From: Camelus ferus
Taxonomy: Eukaryota
Direction of reading: 5' to 3'
Assembly (NCBI RefSeq): GCF_009834535.1
Contig: NC_045697.1
Coordinates: 19,222,001 to 19,286,000 of the forward strand
Length of the DNA stretch: 64,000 nucleotides
Shown: positions 39,485-51,499 of the stretch, in pieces
Numbering within the stretch: the first letter of the stretch is position 1
Layout: every line of letters starts with the position of its first letter
The notes under the pieces: generated by a model
What the model was told of the DNA's origin: nothing
The model's input: the letters and a program-made list of their open reading frames with translations, nothing else
Databases searched by the model: none
Position numbers and translations under genes: made by a program

Positions 39485-39962
39485 GGAAGTGCCAGACACA
39501 GCTTCAGAATGTGACTCCTTAAATTCTTCCATTGGAAGGAAACAGTCCCCTCCTTCAAGCCTTGAGATATACCAAACGTTGTCTCCTCGAAAAATATCAA
39601 GAGATGAGCTCTCTCTAGAGGATTCATCCAGAGGCGACTCGCCCATAACTGTAGATATCTCTCGGGGTTCTCCTGATTGTGTAGGTCTGACAGAGACTAA
39701 GAGTATGATCTTCAGCCCTGCAAGCAAAGTGTACAATGGCATCTTGGAGAAATCCTGTAGCATGAACCAGCTTTCTAGTGGCATCCCGGTGCCTAAACCT
39801 CGCCACACGTCGTGTTCCTCAGCTGGCAACGACAGCAAGCCAGTTCAGGAAGCCCCAGGTGTTGCCAGGATAAGCAGCATCCCACATGACCTCTGTCACA
39901 ATGGAGAGAAAAGCAAAAAGCCATCAAAAATCAAAAGCCTTTTTAAGAAGAAATCTAAGTGA
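39485..39962 (+). CDS. STIM2: STIM2 last coding exon (Ser-rich tail, SxIP motifs, polybasic domain, di-lysine end)
   Basis: ctcatccag|G GAA GTG...; (W)EVPDTASECDSLNSSIGRKQSPP...SSGIPVPKP...ISSIPHDLCHNGEKSKKPSKIKSLFKKKSK-TGA (39960-39962); ORF 39489..39962. Confidence 0.98.
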
Positions 39963-41160
39963 ACTGGTTGACTTGATGGAATTCCATTCAAGTGGCATCT
40001 TTAAACTTTTATCTCCCACCCTTCACTCCTGTTTTGTTTTAAGTTTAGGAATGTAATTCCATTGGGGCTTTCCAGACTGGATGCCATAGTGGAATGTCCT
40101 TAAGGGCAACTGTCTACTGTCTGCTTATTTAAATGACTATATAATCAATTTGTCAAGCCAGTTATTACTGAAAAATCATTAAGAGATGAGACAGTTTACA
40201 GTCATTTTTGCCTATTTATTTCTGCTTTGTTATTAGTGATGTATATACAACATTTTGTTGAAAGCCACTATGGACTTACAAGCTTTAATGGACTAGTAAG
40301 CCAGCATGGGCTTGCAAAAATTTCTTGTTTACCAGAGCATCTTCTTATCTTTCCACAGAGCTATTTACATCCTGGACTAAAATAACTTAAAAGGAGTAAA
40401 ACTAATTGCACTACTGTTTTCCAGACTGGAAAAAAATCTCTGCGAGTGAAACTGTATAGAGTTTATAAAACGACTATGGATAGGGGACTGTTTTCACTTT
40501 TAGATCAAAATGGGTTTTTAAGTAGAACCTAGGGTTTCTAATTGACTTGATTTCTGGAAATGAAAACCCACGCTTTTATTATGGGAAGCTTCTCTAAATG
40601 CATTTAACATAAAGTTTCGAGTCCTGCTGTAAAGATCATGTTGTTTTGTTTTTCCCAGGGCTTTCACTGTGATTTTCTGCATTGCAGGCTGTATGATAAA
40701 ATACAAATAATTTAAAGAGAGAAGGCTCTTGATTCCTTACCCAGGTGGACGAGTTAAAACCTGATTGAAGGACTTAAAACATTCACAAGCTGATACTGAG
40801 GTGGGGAGAGGTGGGGATTCAGGCACTTGTTTACAGACTCAGTAACTACAAAGGATTTATGGTTTGTGAAAAACTTGTACTGTGGAAAAGAGAATAAATC
40901 GAAGACATTATTGTGTGGGACTGTGCTGATTTTTGTTGATAACACTCCACTAAAAACACTATGTTTTCTGGAGAGTCATATAAGCTGTCTGGTTGCTTAG
41001 TTGCAATATAGGAAATAGTGATGTGTTGGAAGTAAGTTGTCAACAAATCTCTTTCTATTTTATATTGTTTGTCATATTTTTATGTAGTTTGAAATGTTTA
41101 AATGTTCTAATATCAGAATTAACAAATATAAATTTATGGTGCATTTAGATTGTGTTGTTT
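39963..41160 (+). other. STIM2: STIM2 3' UTR (3' end approximate)
   Basis: Repeat-free AU-rich sequence after the stop; AATAAA at 40893-40898; variant signals AATATA/TATAAA at 41125-41132 followed by a GU-rich tract. Confidence 0.7.
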
Positions 41161-42644
41161 TAATTTGTAAAGTTTGGGGTTTGTTAAGATAGCTTATTAT
41201 GACGGCAACTTTTACTGTGAACATTGTCACACAGAGCAACAAAGTACATTAACATCTGGGGAGTTTCTGCTTAAACTGCTTCTTTTGAAAATTCAGTTGA
41301 AATGATCTGGTTAATGCAATGTGGATGAACATCTGAGTGAGCAACCGATACATATTAGCTAGAATGTTTTTTTAGCTTTATGCCTAAAATAATGCCCAGC
41401 CCAGTCTGTTTAGATGAAATTTGCTCCAAAGAAATACTTTATTAAGAAGATGTACAGTTTCCCAAAGTCTCCTAAATTCTGTGTACTTAAGTACTGCTCT
41501 TAAAACTGTTAAGGTCTTGAATGATATTTATATGCATAGGTATGCATGTATTTAATAGTGTTGTAAGGGAAAAAATTGACATGAACATAGTGTTTTGGAC
41601 TAATTACAAGCTACATTGACCTGAAAGGTCAAGAGTTGAGTAGCAGACATTTAGGAAGGGGAAAATTACGCATTAAGAATTGAAAAATGTTGTGGAAAGT
41701 TTCTTCAGAGTGAAAGGAAAACCTTATCTTCTTTCTCTTTCTTACAACCAGGCAGGCGTTCTTCCCTTTGAAAACTGCAAAAGAGATGAGAACTGCTTAG
41801 TTTGATGAACAGAAAAGGTAAAAGCCATGGGGCGTGGAGTAGTGCCGGGAGAAGGAATTGCTCTAGGAGTACCCAGCAAGGCCCCCACTTGTTCACAGTT
41901 AGAAGGAATCCTGGATCAGAACCATCTGGACTCTGGAACTTGTGGTGGGTGATGGGAGAGGCTGGCCTAAGTAGAATGTGGGCTGTCTTATGTCAGGGAA
42001 TGCATTGTTTGTGCTAAATTTCACATACTCGTTTATAAACAGATTCAACCAAGGGATATTTGCTACGTTATGTAGCTTGTAATATTTACTTTGCATTGAT
42101 ACAATGCTCTATTTTTGTAAATTTAACAGAAAAATAATTGGGGTTTGAAAAGCCACAGTAATTTCTGTGTCTCATCGTTTATACATGAAGAGTTGGACGT
42201 TAATATAAATTTTAAAAGTTACCCATTTGTTACCTTATTTTAACCTTATAAAACTATGGTATTTTCCTGCTTTTAGAAGTAATACCTTCCTTATTGTAAA
42301 AAATAATTTATGATAGAAAAATACAAAGAAGAAAAACAACAGCAAGCAGATCAAATTCTACCGCCCAGAATAATCGCTTTTAATATTTTGGTATGTTTTC
42401 TGCTAGATCATTTTCTATTTGTTGATATATATTTTACATAATTGAAGTCATACCATATAGTTTTATATGTATGTCTCTTCACTTAATATAGTATGCACAT
42501 TTCTACAGCATTATTAAAAACTCTTCATGAACAACATTTTAATGATTGTATGATATGCCATTGAATTCATTTACCATAATCTTTTAAATTACTATTTTAT
42601 TAAGCATTAGTCTGTTTCCAAATTTCTGATAGGTGGAATAGTAT

Positions 42645-42875
42645 CATTTAACATTTATTAAGCACCCTGTATGCCAGGCACTGTTCTGAACTCTAATAGA
42701 TATTTTCATTTAATCTCTACACCAACCTCATAAGGTAGGTACGGTTTTTTGGGTTTTTGGGTTTTTGGTTTTTTTGTTTTTAAAATCACCATTTTACTGA
42801 TGAGGAAACTGAGCCCAGAAAATCAGTAATTTGCTGAGGGTCACATAGCTAGTAAGTGGTAGAACCATGTTGTTA
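42645..42875 (-). mobile_element. MIR SINE with an internal (GGTTTTT)-type repeat
   Basis: 'acatttattaagcaccctgtatgccaggcactgttct...ccattttactgatgaggaaactgag...gtcacatagctagtaagtggtagaacc'. Confidence 0.85.
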
Positions 42876-45229
42876 ACTTTGAAGTCTGCATAAATTCTAA
42901 TCAACGTTCTGATTCCTTAGAATACATATATTTAGCAAAGCATAAAGGCTTTTAGTTTATGTGTATGCACATGTGTAAACATGTACACACGCAGTCTCAC
43001 ATACACCTTGAGGGTGACTCATGTGAAAGTTCTTTCTCCATGTAGCCATGTTTGTCGTCCCCCCCGACATTTGAGTGTATGACTGACTTTTTAACTCATA
43101 CCATCAATGTCTGAGTTACCATTTGGTTGAAACTTTGATAATTTAATAGATTTTTTTTTTAAATAGGGAAATAATGTCTGGTATGGATGGAGAGTTTTTT
43201 TTATATTATGTATTTTTCGTTTCATTGAATTGCCTGTTCATGTCTTTTGCCCATTAAGTTCTTGTAGTCCTCATGTTTTTCTAAATCTTTTACGTAGTCT
43301 TTCAAGTGTACCTATTCTTGTATTCTTCAGTTACCAACTAAAACCATGTTTTTTTTTTTAAATCATACATGTACTTTTCATGTTTGTTTTTAAAAAGTAA
43401 GGTGAAGAAAACCTACATTTAAGTTTGAGTCTTACTGATCTGGTTTTAGGTCTTGCAAGACAGAATAGATTTTTTCCCAAAAAAAATTACAGGTAAGAGA
43501 CAATAAGAATCTGCTTAGTCCATTCTGCAGCTATTTAATAGTTTACCATGTACCAAGCATCATGGTAAACTCTGGAGGTACAGAGGGAACGTGCCAGGTA
43601 CCTGCCCTAAGGAACTTGGTATCTAATAGAGGAGACAGATCAAACACACATCGTTATAATAAGGGCAGTAATAGAAATGTAAAGCAGATGCTGGTGAGAA
43701 GGGAGCTAATGGGGAGACTGATTATGTAGCTCAGAAGTATTAAGTGAAGGATAATTTAATGGTGCTAGTTTTCTGAGGACATGAAGAGATTTGCTGTGGC
43801 TGAAGCAGAGCCGAGGGCAATAGAGTTTTAGGACTTCTGCTAACAACTGGTAGTCCGGTTCCAGCAAGTGAGCTTGCAGTTACTGAGTTCCAGCAAAGCA
43901 CTTGGTAACAGCTGTGAGGATGCTTGTTTGGGGCTAAGTTGTTTACCATGGAAAAGCAGCATTTGCGCAATCCCGCAAAAGCCCTGTTAGTGCTGATAAA
44001 AATCTGTCTACCCCCCAACCCCACCCGCAGCCCTAAAACAGGGGAGTCTGTTGAAAGACACGCCTTCAGATTTACCGAGGTGGGCCTGTTCCAATCTTGG
44101 ATCAATTGGTATCCAGTGGGCTTCAGGCCAAATTCCAGGATTTTGCCTCAGGCCAGTGACTGGGCTTTCCTGGCGTTATCTATGCATCTCTGAAGTGGCC
44201 CCCAAAGGGTCCTCTCCATAGCGATGTTTGCAGTAGGCCCAGCGAGGGAGGTCTCAGCCCAGATCCTGACTTATCAGCGAGCAGAGTTTGAGACAATGCC
44301 CAGGATCCTGTCTCGAGCTAGAGTATTGACTGTCCAGTCTCCATTATCCTTATGTTTCAGCCTTTACTGGCTATGTTGCAATGCTTTATCAGCTCCCAAA
44401 GTGAGGGAGCAGGCGGTGAGCTCATGGTGAGGCGTGCAGCCCGCCTCCCCTGGGTGAGAGCAGAGCACGCGGGGATCCCAGTACTCACCGTTCCGAACCC
44501 TGGGCCTTCAGGCAGCCGCAGAGTTGCTGCTTCCCCTTCCCCCGTCCTGCCAAGGTGGCCTGGCAGGTTCTGTTTCTCTGTAAAGCCAGACTCAAAGAAA
44601 TTTTAACCTGGGTCAAAATTGTTCTTCATCTCTTGCTTCAGACAGCCACTTGTGGTTTCACGTGGCTGTGTTACATAGCAGCCATCCCAGTGTCACAGGT
44701 CTGGCAAGAGTATCTCGTGTCTATTCCTACTGCCTCTTTAATTGCAGCATCTTAGTTCTAAAATGTCCACATGGGCTAATATCCCACATGTGAGAGTGTT
44801 AACTTCTGAAATAACTCTCACTGATCTGTGGTCCCCGGGTTGTGGTGGCATCAGATCACTGAAGGGCACCAGCACTGAGGAACTGGAAAAAGTTTCTACA
44901 ATAAGAATGTGGCTTTTTTGTTTTATTTTTGAAATTCCAGCCATCCAGGTTTGATTCTTTCCCTTAAAAATCTATGAACCCTCAAGAAGTGCATCTGTAG
45001 CCAAAGCGTACAATGACAAGAAATTTAAAAAAAAAAAAAGGTTAAAAAATTTTTTTTAGTTAAAAGAAAGGGAGGTTGGATGGGGCGGGGATGGATAAAA
45101 TGAAGCCTGAGTGCAACAGTGAACCAGAGGTTGCCTTTGACCTTTAACATAAAGGTAAGAAAAACGAACCTGGAAATAGGATCAGGCACAGGACCTTGGA
45201 AAAGGAGAGGTGGTTGGGAGGGGAAAAGT

Positions 45230-45905
45230 GCATTTATTGTCAAATCACCAAATATTGCCCATTTAATCCCTGAACATCTCAGCTAATGCCTCCACTACCC
45301 TGGGGCCTTGCCGTCTTCATCTCTCATTTTATTAACTTTAAAGAGCTAGCTGGACCCGGCCCCACCATCCTTCCTCCACTTGTGTTGGTGAGCTTGCTAA
45401 GCCATAGGATGGATTTTCTCCAATTAAAATCTTTCTGTGCCTTTCCATTGCCTGTAGGATAAAATATAAACTTAGCACAAATTAGCAAAAGACCCTGGTG
45501 TTCTAAGCCCTGCTTACTCCTCCGGCCTCATGCCTCACGTTACGGACATCAGCTCGCCCGTTACACACAGCCGTGCAGCTTCCTCAGCAGGCCAGGCTGC
45601 TGCATTCGCCGGAACGTCCTCTCCTTTCTTGGGCCACAAACTCTAAACCTTTAGCTCAGCTCAGGCATCTCTAGGAGGCAGTCAGTACACCCGCTGAAGC
45701 GGAGAGACGACTCCTGTGAGTGTCCAGAACTTTGTATTTATTACAGCACTCATCACATCGCATGACGACAACCTGTCTACTCGTGTGCCCAATAAACTGA
45801 ACTCCTTGAGAGCAGGGACTCTGCCTTATCTTGCTTTGAAGTCCCAGGAACTGGAACTTCAGGCACTTAATACATTACATGCCTGAAAAATGGATAAATG
45901 AATAA
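45230..45905 (+). mobile_element. LINE-2 3' fragment
   Basis: 'actccttgagagcagggactctgccttatcttgctttgaagtcccagg...ggcacttaatac...ataaatgaata'. Confidence 0.65.
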
Positions 45906-47009
45906 CACGTTATTGCTGCCTCAAGTTTCAGACTGTTAAGGGCATTCACAAGTTTAATGATTTCTTAGAAGACAAGTACCCCATATAAATGAGCGCTGTA
46001 TGGCCATCTTTTGTTTTTTTTTTTTTTTTTTTTTTTTTTGGTAATGCAGATTCAAGAAGGAAGAGATCAAGATGGTATGGAGTAGTCTGTTTTCTTTGTG
46101 AATGTTTGGAGCTGCTTCTGAATCATGAGTGCTGTCTGAATAGGCCTCATAGGAACGGTGTCAGAGCGTTGGGTTATTTCTTCTCAGGCTCCGTTGGCCC
46201 ACCCCCGGCACTCTACCCCCTCTCCCGACCTCAGCGTTTAGCCACTACTCCACATACCTGGGAATTCATGTGATTTCTTATATTATTAGCTCTTAACTCT
46301 TTTCATAATTATATAGTGAGACCCTACAACGTGCTGAGTGCTGGGCACAGGACAATAACTAGGAGAAACGTAGTCCTAACTCCTTTGTCAAACAAATCCG
46401 TAAATAATTACAGAAATGACCGTCCTTGTTGTCAGTGCTGTGGACAAACAGGGCCGTGTGAGTATGACTTAAAGGGCAGGAAGGGCCTTGCTGAGGGAGG
46501 GACATTTATGCCTCACCTTGCAGAATCAGCAGGAAACAGACAAGAGAACAGGTCCCTGAGTGGCCCAGGCGGTGGGAACAGCGCGTGGAGACAGACTCCT
46601 GGAGGAGAGGGATGGTGTGTGCTCAGGGAACTGACAGCAGATTCGAGTGAGGGAGCTGAGGAAAGGCCAGACTGTGCAGCACACTGAAGACTAGACTCCA
46701 CCCTGAGATCAGTGGGAAATCCTTGAAAGGGTTAAGCATGGGAAAAGGAATCTTTAAAATTTATTTCACCTGTCTATTGCGTCCAGAGGTAAACGCATTG
46801 GTTTATACATCCTTACCTTCCCCCTTAGTGCCTGTCGCTAAGTCAGGTACTCAGTCAGTATATAGCAGTTTGCCTTCCAAGTGGAGGGAGACAAGTGTAA
46901 GGGTGAGAATGCGCAGGGTATTTCCGGAGACTAGTGAGGACCCTGGAGAGAGCATGCGGAGCCGTGGGAAGTGAGGTCAGCAGGGCAGGCACCACCTTCG
47001 GTGAGAGGC

Positions 47010-47348
47010 GCCGCACTCGCTGGGGCTGCCGCCACAGAATAACAGACTGCGGGCTTCAACATACTTTCTTACAGTTCTGAGGCTGGAAGTTCGAGATCAA
47101 GGTGCCAGAAGGGTCAGGTTCTGGTGCCAGCCCTCTCCGTGGCTTGCAGACAGCTGCCTTCTTGCTGTGTCCTTCTATGGCAGAGAGATGGAGAGGGCAG
47201 GGAGAGCGCGCAGGTCCTATTGGATCAGGGCCGGCTCTGTGATTTCATTTAACCTTATTTACCTCCTCGTAGGCTCTATCTCCAAATAGTCACATGGAGT
47301 TTAGACCTTCCACATATGAATCTGGGGGGACGCAGTCAGTCCAGAACA
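47010..47348 (-). mobile_element. MaLR solo LTR (MLT1A-like)
   Basis: 'acagttctgaggctggaagttcgagatcaaggtgccag...ggcttgcagacagctgccttcttgctgtgtcct...acatatgaatctggggggacgcagtcagtccagaaca'. Confidence 0.85.
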
Positions 47349-48260
47349 TCCTTTACACTGTGAAGCCATCACAATTGATGCTTAGGGGGCCAATCTTGGG
47401 AGTGTCTCTTTAATTCCAGGCTAGGGACTCAATCTACATTTTAAAAATATCTCCCAAGGGGGATCCTGGCTGTATCAGGGAACACTTAGTACATCTCTGC
47501 ATTTTATTCCTAGCCTGTAAACCAAGGGCCTTCCCCACGTTTGGGAAATAGTTCATTTCCTCCACTTTGTCTGAATCTGTTGTTGTTGTTGTTGTTCTGA
47601 TTACAGAAATTTGAGAGAACCCATGATTTTCTAGCCTGCACAGGAAAAGCAGCCGGCCTGTCAGTCTCTCCTGTGCTCGGCCTCACTTGTCCTGCCACAG
47701 CCGACCAGGTCGGCTGGGTGGGAGCAGGCACACCCACGTCCCCGCAAGCGGATTGCGAGGAGGGGAGGAAAGTGGGGAGCACAGTCCTGACCTTGGGGGT
47801 TTTAACTGGACGGCATTCAGCTGCAAGTCATAGAAAACACAACTGAACAATGGCTCCAAAAATTAGGGCTTTAGTTTTCCCCACAGTATTAGCAGATAAG
47901 AGGGACTCTTAAATCAGGAAGCCCACCACAGTGTGGGTCCTTGCCACTGGCTGTGAAAGAATTCATGCAGCACAGGCAGAGGGACGAAGCGAACAGCCAG
48001 GTTATTACTCAGAAGGGGAAATGGGAGGAAGGTGCTCGAGCAAGAAGGGAAGAGAGGCTCTCGAGCAGGGAAGGAAGTGCTGGAGCCAGGCCATCAGCCA
48101 AGGCGCCAGTACAGACAGCCCTGCCCGACAGGCTGTGGGGCTTCTGTTAGAAGGTCGGCCATCTTTCTCTTCATTCCCACTGTGGTGATAGTTACTTTCT
48201 GCTACAGGCACCTTCCTCCCTCAGAGCTCAGCCCTGGAACAAAAAGCAATTAGCAGAAAC

Positions 48261-48736
48261 TGTTACCAAAGGCAGGTTCGTGTGCCCGCTGCACCAAGAG
48301 ACGAAACAAACTGAAACATCAGAGTCTGGAGCAGAGAAAGGTTCACTGCAGGGCCGAGCAAGGAGGATGGGGTGGCTCATGCCCCCAAAACCCCAAACTC
48401 CTTGAAGGGTTTCAGCAAAGCCTATTTAGAGGCCAGGTAAGGGTAGGGGTGTCACAGGATATGTGGTCAGCTTGTGCACAGTCCTCTGACTGGTTCATGT
48501 AGAGGCGACAGGGCGATCCACACTATGAACCCCTAGGTTCCAGAAGGGTTGGGGCCATGAGCTGTCAGTCATCAAGTAGTTCATTTCTTCCCTTGGGTGG
48601 TGGTTTTAAGCATGTGAAAAACTCAGGAAATATACACAAGATGCTGTTATCTGGGTACCTCAGAGAGGAGCTACAGCGGAGGACACGGAGAAGGGGTCTG
48701 ACCCTTGAAGGCCCCACAGGGTCCTGCTCGGTTGCA
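48261..48736 (-). mobile_element. ERV1-class solo LTR, probably nested in an older MLT1 element (~47800-49150)
   Basis: TGTTACC...GGTTGCA termini; flanks AAAC / GAAC (4-bp TSD with one mismatch); 476 bp. Confidence 0.7.
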
Positions 48737-51499
48737 GAACTTCAGAGGGAACGAAGAGATGCCGGGCAACATCCTTGGATTTTAAGGAGCCAGCTGTGGG
48801 ATAAGAGAAACGTCCTGCCTTTTCATCAGCTGGGCACTTCCTTTCCATTGTTAACCAGCCAGGGTCAGGAAGCCCGCCTACCCGCCTCTCTCAATAGCAC
48901 TGGGTGTCCAAGGGAGGCACAGTGGCTCTGTGATGCCGTCAGAGCCTGGGCTCCTCCGCTTTCCCCGCTTCATCCATCCTGAGCTGCCCCCAGCATCGCA
49001 GGCACCTGCCAGTCAGGAGGAAGTGTGAGAGCAAAGCGGCCTCGTCATGGTGCTTTTCCAGAAGCCTCGCCCAGGAACCTTCTTCAGCACAGCAGCCAGA
49101 ACTGTGCCCCACAGCCCTGACCAGCTAGAGAAGATCAGAGTGGGGAATAGAGTGGCTGAGCGTGCACTTGCTTATCCTTGGTGTGCTGCTGCCCTCAGAC
49201 ACAACTCCACTGATAACAAAGCGCGGGGAGTGGATTTTACGTAAAGAATTAGAAACGTTGGCCACAGGTCATTGAGAACTTGCCTGACTTTGAGATACAT
49301 TTAAAAATACCTGAGTTTCTACACTGTGTCAGGAACCATTTTAGATGCTGAGAATACAACATTAAAAAAACAAACAACAACAAAATGAAAAACAGTCCCC
49401 ACTCTCGTGGGGCTTACATTCTAGTGGAGGATACAATAAACAAATGAAATATGGGTGTTAGATGAAGGCAGTGCCCACGTGGGGAGGGCTGAGGCGGTGG
49501 GTGGCAGTTTCCAGTCGGGTGCTCAGGGAAGATCAATGTCATGAAAATGTCACTGAGTAATGACAGGAATGGAGTGAGGGACAGAGCCAAGTGAACACCT
49601 CGAAAGAAGCAATGACAGAGCAACAGGAACGACAGATACAAAGGCCCTGGGTTCTTCTTTGTATTTCCAAGGCCTCCTTGCTTTATGGATTCTCAATATT
49701 TTCTATCTTAATTTCTTCCTATGGACACTGGTACGTACAGTCATGCTACCTGTAAAGGGCAATTCTAGGGTACCTGGTGCTTCCTCCCCACTTTGGAAAA
49801 ACCAAGGTGCCTGAATGTACAGGAAGGAAGGGAGGCACTTGAGAAATTAAGAGCCTTTCCCACCTCTCTCCCCCTCCTGAATCCTGTTTCTTTATCACTC
49901 GGGAGACTATGCTGTAGTGATTAAGAAAAAGGACTTTGGAGTCTTAATGGCTCTGAGTTTGAGCCCGGACGTCTCCTACCTGTGATCCTGGGCAAGTAAC
50001 GAATCCTCCCAGAGCCCGGGAGCTCGTCTGAGCCGTCAGGATGCCCAGGCCCCCTTCACCACTGCTGTGTCAGGTGATGTGCGTGAAGGGCCCACCCCGA
50101 CGCTGGGTGCCCATCGGGTATCTGCTCCCCTCCCCTTCCGTGTGGTCTTCAGCCTCTGGCCTGCATAGAATATCTGGGGCAGCTAAGGCGCTGCCCTATG
50201 AAAAAAGAACTTACTCTTGACGAGTGTGCGAGAGCCTCATGTCACATACGTATTCTTCAGTGAGGTCATATTTACCAGCCTGTCCCCACACCCCACCCCA
50301 AAGGCTTCTGAGAGGTTGACAGGAGACCCTGACTTACCTGAGTGTCAGGCACCAGCGCTGCTCACCTTGTGAAACCGCGTCATCGTCTGGAACTGCCCAC
50401 CTGCAGACTCCATCCCCGGCCTCACCCTGTGCCTCCTGGCTGCTGACTCCTTGCTCCCTTCGGCCCCGCCAGGCCTGTCATGGAGCCTGGTCTCTGGACA
50501 GAAGCCCCCTCCTCTGTCCGTCAGCCACGTCCTGGCTTTCCTGTGTTCTCCTCCCTGAATTTCACATACATCCCTGCAGTCGCCTGGAGCTCCCTCCGAC
50601 ACACCCCTGATTCCTCACCCAAAACCCCACGCTGAGAGCAGTGTAGCCAACCAACCCCCTTCTCACCTCAGCCAGGTTGTTCCAAGTTGGCTCCCTTTCC
50701 CATTTCTCCCAGTGACCATCCCAGTCCTTACCACGTCTTCCCGTCGCCTCCCGCACCACCACACCCTCAGTCCCGGGAACAAACCTCCGTCCCAGGAACA
50801 GACAGCTTATTTGGTACAAACATCTTCAGCTTCTTGTCCCTAAACTTACAAGATGATCTGTGTAGACAACTGTCCTTTCTCTCTTCACCATCAGAGGAAA
50901 AGTTGATTATTTTTCTAACCAAGGGTCACCCAGCCATTCAGGTTTTGAATTTCATACTCTCCTGCCTCTTCTGGGATTTGACTCATTAATGGTCTCCCTT
51001 TACTGTGGTATCTGTAATCTCTTTTTCATGGCTTTCTTTTTCACATTGGGAAACAGACTCAAAGCTTTATTATCTTGAAAAAAAAGAGATCCTTATCACT
51101 CTCTAGCTTTCATATCTTACTCAAGGATCTAGGAAGGTAGTCAATGATTATGTAAAATTTTCAAAAAATGAGTCTGTGTCAAGGATTTATTAAACTCATG
51201 GATGAAGGACAGTGAGAGCCATTCAGAACATTCCTAAGATGTCCAGCCTCAGAGGGAAAAGCGCCCCGGCCGAGGCAGGGCTGCTGCTTTCCCTGCACGG
51301 CCCCTCATTTAGCTCTCAGGTAACGCTCGCCTTTCTTTTTTCTCCTGGACTCAATCCTTTGCCCTTTTCTCTCTTGAGTATTTTCTCTGAGAGATTGTCT
51401 CTCTATTGATTTAATATCATGTCACATACTAATAATTTGTATTTTTAAAAACCTTGCCCAGCCTTGTAATCTGCCCCAGGACATCTGCATCATAGAACT

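Noticed and set aside
39452..39838. 128-aa antisense ORF over the last exon
   Set aside because: Shadow ORF of the coding strand with no independent support.
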